DNA from: Catajapyx aquilonaris
Lineage: Eukaryota
Length of the DNA: 46,540 nucleotides
Assembly (NCBI GenBank): GCA_000934665.2
Contig: KZ538810.1
Coordinates: forward strand, 1 to 46,540
Direction of reading: 5' to 3'
The translations under genes and the position numbers were made by a program. This document shows positions 35,452-46,018 of this stretch, in pieces. The notes below the pieces were generated by a model, which worked only from the letters and a program-made list of their open reading frames with translations, ran no database searches and had not been told where the DNA came from. Within the stretch, counting starts at the first letter, position 1; the number at the start of each line of letters is the position of its first letter.

Positions 35452-35689
35452 GGTCCTGCAAACACAAGGGTGGAGGTCATGTAATCATGTCCATAAGTAC
35501 CACACACATCAAGAAGAGCTGATGAGGAGGGAGGAGCACCAGAGCCCAGAGGAGAGGGCTATGAAGCCAACAACCCTCCAACTCTCCCACTGAGCAAGTG
35601 GCCTTCCTTCCTTCCTTCCCTTCCACTCACCCTCCGCCTTCTTGTTCCATCCAAACCAACCTCACGCAAGAGACACACTAGTCGTCGTA

Positions 35690-35840
35690 GGAGGCCATCT
35701 TTTCTCTTGATTTTTCTTTTTTCTTTTTTTATGCAAATGAGGGTGCGTTCCTGTCGCCACACAAGAGTGAAGGAAGGGCTTATCCGCTACTCCCGCAACA
35801 GCCGCTACTGTTGAAGAACTGCTATGCGCTAATAGCAGTG
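35690..35840 (-). promoter_or_regulatory. Putative promoter block of unit C
   Basis: GGCCATCTT, T-tract, ATGCAAAT at 35731 and GGGTGCGTTCCTGTCGCC. Confidence 0.6.
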
Positions 35841-36355
35841 AGAATGTGACTCACTCTCTTATGCATCGACAGTTACTCTCCAGAAAAATGGTTTACTTGA
35901 ACAAAAGTCGAGCAGACAAATACATACGTATAAGTACGTATTTGTTGTGCATATTCTTGCATGTGATACGGTATGTGATCGTATAAAGGTAGATGAGAGC
36001 GAGAGTGTAGGATACACAATCATGGGCCAAATCTACAAAAAAAAAGAGGCCAAGAGGCTAAACATAGGCTTTTATTTGGGCTACCAACCTACACCTGAGC
36101 ATAATCACATACCACATGCATATCATAATATCATGAAGCACTAGGTGAAGTTTTAACTGTTATTGTAAAAAAAAATGGTGCAACACATAATATGAAATGC
36201 ATGTTAAGATTTTCTTGATTCCCCATAGAAGCATAAGGACCATGGTGAAACTTGTATCCAATTACAATGCATTAAATAAACCTTCTCTTAATTAAGGACA
36301 CATTTTCATTTTGAAAGGGTGCTTGAAAACAACCATGACAAATTGTCCACACAAA

Positions 36356-37105
36356 TTATTGCAACACCTTGAACCAAGAGTTGTAAGTCAAATTACTTGA
36401 CTGGGTGAATTTTTTTTGACACACCTCACAAGTAAATGGTTTATCCCCTGTATGAATGTACACGTGCTTTTTCAAATCACCTAGCAGAATAAAATTTTTC
36501 TGACACACTCTACAGCTATGTGGTTTTTCTCCTGTATGAATGTGCATGTGAGTTTTTAAATTATTTGAACCAAGAAATTTTTTCTGGCATACTTCACAGG
36601 AAAATGGCCTTTCTCCGGTATGAGTTCGCCAATGATTTTTCAAATTACCCGAATGGCGAAATATTTTCTGACACACCTCACAAGTAAATGGTTTTTCTCC
36701 CGTATGAATTCGCATGTGCCTTTCCAAATCACCTGCTAGACCAAATTTTTTCTGGCACATCTCACAAATGTATGGTTTTTCTCCCGTATGAATTCGCTTG
36801 TGCTTTTTCAAGTCCCTTAGATAATAAAATGTTTTCCGGCACACTTCACAAAATGGTTTCTCACCTGTGTGAATTAGCATATGAGTTTTCAAACGATGTG
36901 AATCATAAAATTCTATCTGGCAAACTTGGCAGGAATTTCTTTCGCTATGAGTTAGAATGTGAATATTCAAATCATCCTGGCTACCCAATAATTTCTGGCA
37001 TATTTGACACTCAAATGATGAACTTCTTCCCCCACACATTCCCCTGTTCCGTTCCTCTTGGCTCCCATTCTCTTCTACTCGGCCTTCAGTTTTCATTTTC
37101 ACACC
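36356..37105 (-). pseudogene. Unit D zinc-finger exon: 7 complete fingers plus 1 truncated (open frame, but no promoter or start in the unit)
   Basis: Acceptor TTCCAG|GGT at 37106. The eighth finger is cut at ~36389 and fused to 3'-flank sequence that matches 31590..31944. Confidence 0.7.
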
Positions 37106-37423
37106 CTGGAATGTAAAATTGCAGTACATAAAATTTCACTTTACATTATGTTCATTGTACTCCCTCTTGTTCCACCCACCCATCATATCCACCTACACTG
37201 TTATATGGCAAGGTCTAGACCTTGGTTATATGGTGCTTAAAAGGGGCAAAAAAAAAAAGTACTGCGAATACCAATCATATTTTCAGTCTTTGAATGTAAT
37301 TGACTATTTTGCATCTCTAATCCTCTGTAGCAGCCTGGCGCTGACTGAGAAAATTTGCAAATAAATATTCACCAGCAAGTGTCACAATCACCCCCATTCG
37401 GGGCAATTTCAACAGCATTACTA

Positions 37424-37747
37424 GGGGCAAGATAACTCATGCGTTTGGGGAGGTGGCTTGCGTCATTGGCAACCATAACTAGCCTGCCCCCTGCTGAGTT
37501 TTTGTATGAAATTTAGAACGATTGGTGGGGAAATATCCCCCCCCCCCCNCCCCCCCCCCCCCTGCTTGGTTTAATACCAATTGCGTTAGTGTAAACAAAC
37601 TCATCTCATTCTTGAGGTTTTTGAACATAACGCCCACTTATTCCTTTGAAATCGAATCCTGATTGGTCGACCGGTAGGCGACGGGGTTAATTATTTGGTT
37701 GCCAAGGTCACAAGCCACCTCCCAAAACGCATGAGTTATCTTGCCCC
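37424..37747. mobile_element. MITE with ~50-bp TIRs (PIF/Harbinger-like)
   Basis: CTA|GGGGCAAGATAACTCATGCGTTTGGGGAGGTGGCTTG ... CAAGCCACCTCCCAAAACGCATGAGTTATCTTGCCCC|TTA. Confidence 0.85.
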
Positions 37748-37748
37748 T

Positions 37749-38050
37749 TATAGTATAAACGAGAGTGGATGTACGTATATATATTTATCACGGCTGCCTA
37801 ACGCACTTCCCGGGTAGCGAGAGCACTGAAATTTTTCACACCCATGTCTTATGAGTCCCTGAGTCCAGGAAAAGCCCAAAATCCGAAATGTCTGGAGTCT
37901 AAAAGCGCCCCCAAATAATCAGCGTTTTTCCGTTTTCCATATTGTTGACAACCATATGCTGGTTGCATAGTAATGGATGTAAATAACATGCTCTTAAAGT
38001 TCTCTACTTAATGTGTTAAAGAGATTGAAGGACGCCGTTTTCCTTCACTG
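37749..38050 (+). mobile_element. Helitron-like fragment related to 20345..20628
   Basis: Shared blocks with the reverse complement of ~20400..20600. Confidence 0.4.
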
Positions 38051-38099
38051 TTCATATTCCTGTAGAACCAGCCCATACGCGTTGGGGGCTGAGAATACA

Positions 38100-38225
38100 A
38101 CACTGGCCCACCCAAGACGAAGTCAGAGATGACCCAAAACTCTGCAAGAAGGGGGGCACAATGAAGGGGAGAATCCCGGGCTGGGATCGAACGCGGGACC
38201 TTAACATCCGTGGGCCCATACGTTT
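38100..38225 (-). mobile_element. SINE family 2 fragment
   Basis: GGGATCGAACGCGGGACCTTAACATCCGTGGGCCCATACGTT matches ~15910..15952. Confidence 0.75.
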
Positions 38226-38240
38226 CAGCAGATTACATAC

Positions 38241-38400
38241 CCCACTTATCATTCCTAAACCAACAGCCAAAGGGTCATCATCAACCTCCCCAGACATGTC
38301 CACCTCCTCCTCCTCCTCTGCCTCCTCCTCGTTGATCTCACGAAGCGTGTCTTCTGGGAGCGTACAGTCCTCATCAAAGCAAGAAGGGGCCTCCTCCTTC
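38241..38400 (-). pseudogene. Unit D acidic exon, 5'-truncated
   Basis: KEEAPSCFDEDCTLPEDTLREINEEE..DDDPLAVGLGMISG|GTATGT. The upstream half is replaced at ~38401 by sequence paralogous to 44499 onward. Confidence 0.8.
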
Positions 38401-38402
38401 AA

Positions 38403-39521
38403 CTGCCAAAAAATGTCACTAATAATAATTCATCTCTTCTCCCTGCCCTAAGGGGACAGCATTCAAAACAGCTGAGGAAACACTCCGCCTTACAGCAGAT
38501 TAGTTTAGTTAACAAGATGGGTTGCGGACTCATATTTGCCTGTGGCTTTGTGCATTACACACTTAATTGCAAAAGTCAATGGCATGCAATATTTTGAGTC
38601 ACAAATTTTTTCCTGAAACTAATATTTCAGGATATAAATGATAGAAGTTGGTTGCTCAGGGGTGACACGTGCATACTCATCAATTTTATAAGAATTTTAT
38701 TTTTATTGATGACATTTTAATTTTCAAACATGAACATTCCACCTATTTTGAATGCACATTTTGTACAAAATGTGCATGCCAGGGGAAACACTCTCTAATA
38801 TTTCATGGTGTTTTTGGAAGCGGCTTGGAGTGATTGTGCACATTTTCCGTGAGGTAATTTTTAAAAAGTCGGATTCCCAATGACAATGGGGCGTAGCTTC
38901 CACTGAGTCTGCTTTCATTGCCCTGCAGAAAAAAGCGTCAGGATGGGTGGGAAGCCAGCCGCAGATGGCCTCTTTCACTTCTTCGATGTTGCTGAAGTGC
39001 CGGCAGGCCAGGTGCTTCTTTTATTGGCACCAAATGATGGTCTTAACAATGGTCTACCATATCTTTGGACAAACAAAAAAAAGCCCTGGCTTGTCAGTGG
39101 TCAAGACCTCAGCGACTCGAGGAAATGTCTGGTAAGCCAATGACGGGCGGTCGTTTTCATTTGCCCTCGTATTTAAGACCTGTAGTTGGAAAGTATTCAT
39201 TCAAGATCACTTCATGGACAGGGTATACGGTATGGCATTGCCTGATGGCTTTTTAAAATGCAGAAAACATGGTACTGCAGGTGCAGAATATCATTTTGAT
39301 TCGATAAAAATCAATGAATAATACAGTGTCAGATGTGTCTATGGACAAAACAGATTTGCTGATGAAGGAAATAAAAATAGGCGCAAAAACAAGGCAAAAT
39401 TACATCACATTTTAAGAAAATGAGATACGGGACCCTATTATTTCTGGAACCAACTGCTCTAAAGGGTTCATCTCCATCGTCAATGACTTTGGGCTAATTT
39501 GCACATTTCACCACCACAATG
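38403..39521. repeat. Duplicated 3' flank shared by units E and F
   Basis: Colinear with 44499..46018 (CATCTCTTCTCCCTGCCCTAAGGGGACAGC onward), apart from divergent or indel segments. Confidence 0.9.
38913..39171 (-). mobile_element. Internally deleted mariner remnant
   Basis: Minus strand starts TA|CGAGGGCAAATGAAAA and encodes KKHLACRHFSNIEEVKEAICGWLPTHPDAFFCRAMK, resembling the mariner transposase C-terminus. Confidence 0.75.
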
Positions 39522-40781
39522 TCACTCTCTTGTATGAATTCGCATGTGCCTTTTCAAATTAGGCGCACGGCTAAAGTTTTTCTGGCAGACCTCACATTGA
39601 AATAGCTTCGCTCCTGTATGAATACGCATCATGTGGGTTTTCAAACTGTATGAATCACGGAATTTTTTCTGGCACACCTCACAAATACATGGTTCACCTC
39701 CTGTATGAATTACCATGTGACTTTTCAAATTCTTTGCTGTACGAAATTTTTTACGGCAGACCTGACAAGTGAATGGTTTTTCTCCTGCATGAATGTGTAT
39801 GTGAGTTTTCAAATTGTATGAATCTCGAAACTTTTTCTGGCACACCTCACAAGTGAATGGGTTTCCTCCTGTATGAATATGCATGTGACTTTTCAAATCA
39901 TTTGATTTACGAAATTTTTTACGGCAGACCTGACAAGTAAATGGTTTTTCTCCTGTATGAATTAGCATGTGAGATTTCAAATTACGTGAATCACAAAGTT
40001 TTTTCTGGCAGACCTTACAAGTGAATCGTTTTTCTCCCGTATGAATTTGCATGTGAATTTTGAAGTTACTTGAATGAGTAAATTTTTTCTGGCACACCTC
40101 ACAAGTGAACGGTTTTTCTCCTGTATGAATTTGCATGTGAGTTTTCAAATGACCTGGCTGAATAAATTTTTTCTGGCACACTTCACAAGTATATGGTTTC
40201 TCTCCTGTATGAATTTGCATGTGAGATTTCAAAGTACGTGAATCACAAAGTTTTTTCTGGCAGACCTCACAAGTGAATGGTTTTTCTCCCGTATGAATTC
40301 GCATGTGAATTTTCAAGTTACTTGGATGAGTAAATTTTTTCTGGCACATCTCACAAGTGAATTGTTTTTCTCTCGTATGAATTCGCATATGAATTTTCAA
40401 GTTACTTGGATGAGTAAATTTTTTCTGGCAGACCTCACAAGTGAATAGTTTTTCTCCCGTATGAATGTGCATGTGCCTCTTCAAATGACATGATTCACGA
40501 AATTTTTTCTGGCACACCTCACAAGTATATGGTTTCTCTCCTGTATGAATTCGCATGTGAGTTTTCAAGGTCCTTGAACGAGTAAATTTTTTCTGGCAAA
40601 TCTGGCACCAATTTCTTTCACTATGGATATTTATCATATGAATATTCAAATCATCCTGCGTATCAAATAATTTCTGGCATGTTGCGCACTCAAATGGATT
40701 TTTTCCATCACATATTCCCCAGCTCCTTTCCTCTTGGATCCCATTCTCCTCTTTTCCGCCTTCAGTTCTCCCTTGCACAAC
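39522..40781 (-). CDS. Unit E zinc-finger exon: 14 C2H2 fingers
   Basis: 418-aa ORF. Acceptor TTCCAG|GTT at 40782, phase 0; joins 43408..43680 to give ~510 aa. Confidence 0.92.
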   Translation of the reverse strand, partial: VVQGRTEGGKEENGIQEERSWGICDGKNPFECATCQKLFDTQDDLNIHMINIHSERNWCQICQKKFTRSRTLKTHMRIHTGEKPYTCEVCQKKFRESCHLKRHMHIHTGEKLFTCEVCQKKFTHPSNLKIHMRIHTREKQFTCEMCQKKFTHPSNLKIHMRIHTGEKPFTCEVCQKKLCDSRTLKSHMQIHTGEKPYTCEVCQKKFIQPGHLKTHMQIHTGEKPFTCEVCQKKFTHSSNFKIHMQIHTGEKRFTCKVCQKKLCDSRNLKSHMLIHTGEKPFTCQVCRKKFRKSNDLKSHMHIHTGGNPFTCEVCQKKFRDSYNLKTHIHIHAGEKPFTCQVCRKKFRTAKNLKSHMVIHTGGEPCICEVCQKKFRDSYSLKTHMMRIHTGAKLFQCEVCQKNFSRAPNLKRHMRIHTRE

Positions 40782-41784
40782 CTGGAAATTGAATTACAGT
40801 ACATCAAATTTACATTTTGAGGTACGGAAAGCATATACTCGTGTATACGGTGTAGTGTACGGTATAGTGTATATGTCCGTCAACACTCATCGTCTGAGTA
40901 GTGCAGGGGCGTTAGGAAAGTCTTTACACTTTTTTTTGGCCAAAAGTACAGGGTCCTTACAGGTCAGCAGATGGGCACACATAATCGATAGAATCCTCCT
41001 GGAGCGGTGGGTCTTATTTGATAGCCTCAGAAATAAGATTTTCCAGCAGGAGAGAACTAACAGACACTGATTCCATGTGATAAAATAATATGTCCAACCC
41101 CCAATCGAGGTTGGGACTTCGGAGGTGCCCAGAAGGCTGTGGTATCACCAGTCTTTGAAGGAGTAATCATAATATTACGTGGTACTAAATTTCGTGAAAT
41201 CTCAGGGTTCCATGAAACATATTAGACAAAACGTGCAACTTGACTACACTTCAGCCAGAAAATATTTTTCACTCTTAGGTGTGTATGAAGAGAAAAATGA
41301 CCCTTATATGATTAGCTATGTATTGCCAGAGCTGACATGAATTGATGATGACACTGCACATTAATTTTAGAAAGAATTGACAAATGGTGACAGTTACTTG
41401 ACTTTATTTTACTAACACCATGTACGAGTTATTCACTTCATGATTGCATCATGCACTGTATAATATCCCTGCTGTTAAATCGAGTACAAAATAAGGTACA
41501 ATACTGTACAGAGTCTATCACTTCTTGCAGCCAGATTTGCGTCCCCTCTTTCCTTTACTGGTTCCAGCACCATCTCTGGCTAGTGCTAGCCATGTTTCCA
41601 AAGTCATACTTTTTATTAAGCCTCTCCCTTATCAGAAGTCATTTTATTAATCTCTTCCGGTTCTCCAATGCCTTCCTCTCTACCTTTCTCTCTCTCTCTC
41701 TCTCTCTCTCCCCCAATAAGTTGGGGGTTGCCAATGGAAAGGATCGAGAAGCACTGCCCCGTATACCCTCTTCAAAGAATACTC

Positions 41785-42394
41785 ACAAGGGAAGTGTAAG
41801 TGTTGTCCGTGGATTTTCTGAATGCAACTCGGCACAATGATATGGGCAGGTAAGTTATTAAAGAAAATGCAAACAATTTAGGGGGATGCCCACAAGGTCA
41901 AAAGTTATGACATATGGAACTCACAAGGAACACTTTCCAAGGTCTCACTGATTTTCTTGAAATTCGGTACATTGGTAGCCAACCCCAAGGGATGAAAAAC
42001 GCACCTAAAGTGACCTGCCCAAAATGACCCGGTTGGCCCCTTTTTGGGGGGCAGAGGTCAACTCTTAAATGCCGAAGACTCACCCATTGCCTTGAAATTC
42101 GGTGCATTGATAGCCCCCAAAAAGCAGGTCACTTCAGGTGCATTTTTCATCCCTTGGAGTGGGCTACCAATGTACAGTGCCGTGCACAATAGCATATAAC
42201 AAGTGTAAACAACGACTTTGGTGTTACCTGGCAACTGGGCGTGTTCGGACATCGGCATGTGGAGAGTGCTAATATTAGCATTCTTTCTGTCGTTGCCACT
42301 GTTTACAGGTAGCGATTGATGCTGGGCGACCTATAGCGAAGGGTGTGTGCATGCTGACCAATGCATGGCATCGGAATAAGCGGGCTGAGGGGGA

Positions 42395-42470
<76 letters not shown>

Positions 42471-43281
42471 CCATTGGGATTTACCATATCCTTTAGGGGG
42501 ATGGATTACCACCATCGGAAATTGGAGCCATATAAGAAGATCTTATTTAATTACTCCAGGGTAGGTAGGAGGGGATGTGCAAAGTGCAAGTGCAATGTCT
42601 CTAACGGTCATTTTGTGAACTCCCCCGGGTGGCTTAGTCTATCGGAAATTGCCACCCGAAATGAAGCCAGAGATGGCCCAACTCTGCCCGGATAAAGGTG
42701 GGGACCCCGGGTGGGGATCGAACCCGGGACCTTAATATTAATATTAATAATAATATTAATATCGTTACCGCTGCGCCACTTCACCTCCCCACTGAGGGGG
42801 ATATTATTTTGAGAAGGCGCTTCGTTATTATCACACTATCGTCACTTTCCAGTATGAGTCACGATGCATGGAGTTACTGAATGATCGGGAAGGAGTCCGG
42901 TACATGCTCTTGTCTGCCAATTTAATATAAGGTCCACATTGAATGTAATCCACTCCCAATCAATCGCTACCTGTAAACAGTGGCAACGACAGAAAGAACG
43001 CTAAGCACTCTCCACATGGCGATGTCCGAACACACCCAGTTGCCAGGTAACGCCAAAGCCGTTGTTTACACTTGTTATATGCTATTATGCACGGTACTGT
43101 ACCGAATTTCAAGAAAACCGGCTAGACCTTGGAAAGTGTCCCTTGTGAGTTCGAGAGGTCATAACTTTTGACCTTGTGGGCATCTGTCTAAATTGTTTGC
43201 ATTTTCTTTAATAACTTATATTATTGTGACAAGTTTCATTCAAAAACTCCACGGACAACACGTACTGTACACTTCCCTTGT
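41785..43281. mobile_element. Foldback element in the unit E intron with nested hairpin and SINE
   Basis: 41785..42318 pairs with 42961..43281. The left arm carries an extra self-complementary segment at ~41968..42174, and a SINE sits in the spacer. Confidence 0.8.
42402..42791 (-). mobile_element. tRNA-derived SINE (family 2) with (TAA)n tail
   Basis: B-box GGTTCGATCC on the minus strand at ~42716..42725; (TTA)n at 42396..42468; TSD CTGAGGGGGATATTATT at 42385..42401 and 42792..42808. Confidence 0.88.
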
Positions 43282-43407
43282 CAGCTTACTTGATAAAATA
43301 GTCAACATCGTGGGATGTTTGGGGGGGGGGGGGGNGACCATTTACTCCACCAAGTTTGGGGGTCTGATTTGGATATGGAGATGTGACAATTTCAGCAGGT
43401 GACTTAC

Positions 43408-43680
43408 CCCACTAGTCCTTCCTGAGCCAACTGCCAAAGGGTCGTCTTCATCTTCTTCTACCTTGGGAATGTCCACCACCATCTCCTCCTCCTCTCCTTC
43501 TTCCTTCTTGATCTCGAGGAGAGTGTCTTGCATGAGAGTAGAATCCAGCCATGGTGGTGGTGCTTCCTCCTCCTCCTTCACCCTGAGCCTCCAACTCTCC
43601 TCATCCACTGTGATGTCCTCCTCCTCCTCTTCCTCCTCCTTCACTTCCCTTTCCTTCTTTATCCTCAGGATCAAAGACAT
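43408..43680 (-). CDS. Unit E acidic N-terminal exon (91 codons)
   Basis: TTGCAG|GACCATG; MSLILRIKKEREVKEE..WRLRVKEE..PPPWLD..DPLAVGSGRTSG; donor GGG|GTAAGT, phase 0. Confidence 0.87.
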
Positions 43681-43921
43681 GGTCCTGCAAACACAAAGAG
43701 TGGAGGTCATTCAATCATGTCAATGAGTATGTCACACAAGTTGAAGAGGAGGGAGGGACACTTCCTCTCTGTGACTGTGTGGGCAAAGGAAGGCGAACCA
43801 GACGGGGGCACCCAACCCGAGGGTTTCCACAATCCCTCCGACCAGCTGAGGAATCAACTCACCTCACGCTCACTGCACAATCGAAGGGAATCGACGACAA
43901 TTAATGGTCAGGCGGCCAGGG

Positions 43922-44075
43922 TCAGGCGGCCATCTTTCTTTTCTTCTTCTTTTTCTTTTTCTTTTAATGCAAATTAGGGGTGCGTTCCTGTCGCCGCACA
44001 GGGGTGGAAGGACGGGCTTATCCGCTATCCCTTCCCATTTCAACAATCGCCGCTACTGGTGCAGAACTGCTACTC
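43922..44075 (-). promoter_or_regulatory. Putative promoter block of unit E
   Basis: GGCGGCCATCTT, pyrimidine tract, ATGCAAAT at 43967 and GGGGTGCGTTCCTGTCGCC. Candidate exon-1 donor GAG|GTGAGT at 43862. Confidence 0.6.
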
Positions 44076-44515
44076 CCTCCAACAACGCTATTCACATTAT
44101 TATTATTATTATTATCAACTACTCTTCTGCTTGTCTGCACGATGCTGTATGTAGAAGTTCTCTCGTGATGATTTAAGCATTATTGGATAAGACTGGAACA
44201 TAATATTCAGCAGATTGTACATATACCCCACTATTCCCTCGCAGCTACTGGTTAAAGCACTGGTACTCCCCTTCTAAATAGCTAAAAAAAATAATCACAA
44301 ATTCTGTAATTTATCGTCTGCCGCATTGTACGTGTGAAAGTGCTCATTGCGTGACAATTTCAGTGCCATTGGATACAGTTGGAGCAGAATATGGATTTAT
44401 TTTTCGACCAAAATTTTGCAAGTACGAGAGAGTCGCTTTGAGGATTAATTTCGAATTCCTCATTGCATTTTCACTGTCAGATTGTTTGTGAGGAAAATCT
44501 GCCAAAAAGGGTCAC

Positions 44516-44575
<60 letters not shown>
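44516..44575. repeat. (TAA)20 microsatellite
   Basis: The paralogous site at 38420..38428 has only 3 units. Confidence 0.95.
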
Positions 44576-44576
<1 letters not shown>

Positions 44577-45325
44577 TCATCTCTTCTCCCTGCCCTAAGG
44601 GGACAGCAGTCAAAACAGCTGAGGAAACACTCCGCTTTACAGCAGATTTGTTCTTTAGTTACCAAGATGTGTTGCGGACTCATATTTGCCTGTGGCTTTG
44701 TGCATTACACACTTAATTGCAGAAGTCAATGGCATGCAATATTTTGAGTCACAAATTTTTTCCTGAAACTAATATTTCACCCTATCAATGATAGAAGTTG
44801 GTTGCTCAGGGGCGACACGTGCATACTCATCAATTTTATTCGAATTTGATTTTTATGAAAATTTTAATTTTCAAACATGAACATTCTACCTATTTTGAAC
44901 ACACCCTTTTTTTTTTGTACAAAATGTGCATGCACATTTTGTACATAAAAAAATAGGTGCGTGGGCATTATCCACACACCATTTTCAGATGTCACAAATG
45001 TGCTGGAGTTTGGGACAAGAAACATGGTTGTTAGTATTATTCCTGTTTAGGATAATTTTATTACGTCTGGTGGTCATGCCAGTTTTTCACTGAACTGAGG
45101 TAAGAATATCAATTATTATCGAAAGTCAGTATGGCTGGAACTGGAGCTAAAGCACCAACATGATATTATGGAATGACACCTTTTACGAGTACGTTAAAAA
45201 AACTTGCTTGCAAACTAAGGAAAGTACTCTGAAAATATTTCACCGTGTTTTAGGAAGTGGTAAGGTAAGGAAGTGAAAGGTAAAATCTTCCTCTATTTTT
45301 AGACATACTGTATAGTCAACCATAC

Positions 45326-45376
45326 ACCCTACAATACACCACCCTACAATACACCACCCTACAATACACCACCCTA
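45326..45376. repeat. 15-bp tandem repeat (ACCCTACAATACACC) x ~3.4
   Basis: Read directly from the sequence. Confidence 0.9.
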
Positions 45377-45384
45377 ATTTTTCC

Positions 45385-45674
45385 ATGCCCCTGCAGAAAA
45401 AAGCGTCAGGATGGGTGGGAAGCCAGCAGCTGATGGCCTATTTCACTTCTTCAATGTTGCTGAAGTGCTGGCCAGCCAGGTGCTTCTTTTATTGGCACCA
45501 AATCGACGCCTAGGAATATAATTCTTAGGCGTCGAAATGACGGTCTTAACCATGGTCTACCATATCTTTGGACAAATAAAAAAAAGCCCTGGCTTGTCAG
45601 TTGTCAAGACCTCAGCGACTCGAGGAAATGTCTGGGAAGCCAATGACGGGCGGTCTTTTTCCTTTGCCCTCGTA
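45385..45674 (-). mobile_element. Mariner remnant, duplicate of 38913..39171
   Basis: Near-identical to the first copy, plus a 31-bp hairpin insertion at 45504..45534. Confidence 0.75.
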
Positions 45675-46018
45675 TTTAAGGCCTATAGATGGAAAGTATT
45701 CCTTCAAGATCACTTCATGGACAGGGCATAGCATTGTCTGATGGCTTTTTAAAATGCAGAAAACATGGTACTGCAGGTGCAGAATATCATTTTTATTCGA
45801 TAGAAATCAATGAATAATACAGTGTCAGATGTGTGTATGGACAAAGCAGAGATTTGCTGATAAAGGAAATAAAATTGGTGCAAAAACAAGGCAAAATTAC
45901 ATCGCATTTTAAGAAAATGAGATACGGGACCATATTATTTCTGGAACCAACTGCTCTAAAGGGGTCATCTCCATCGTCAATGACTTTGGGCTAATTGGCA
46001 AATTTCACCACCCCAATG

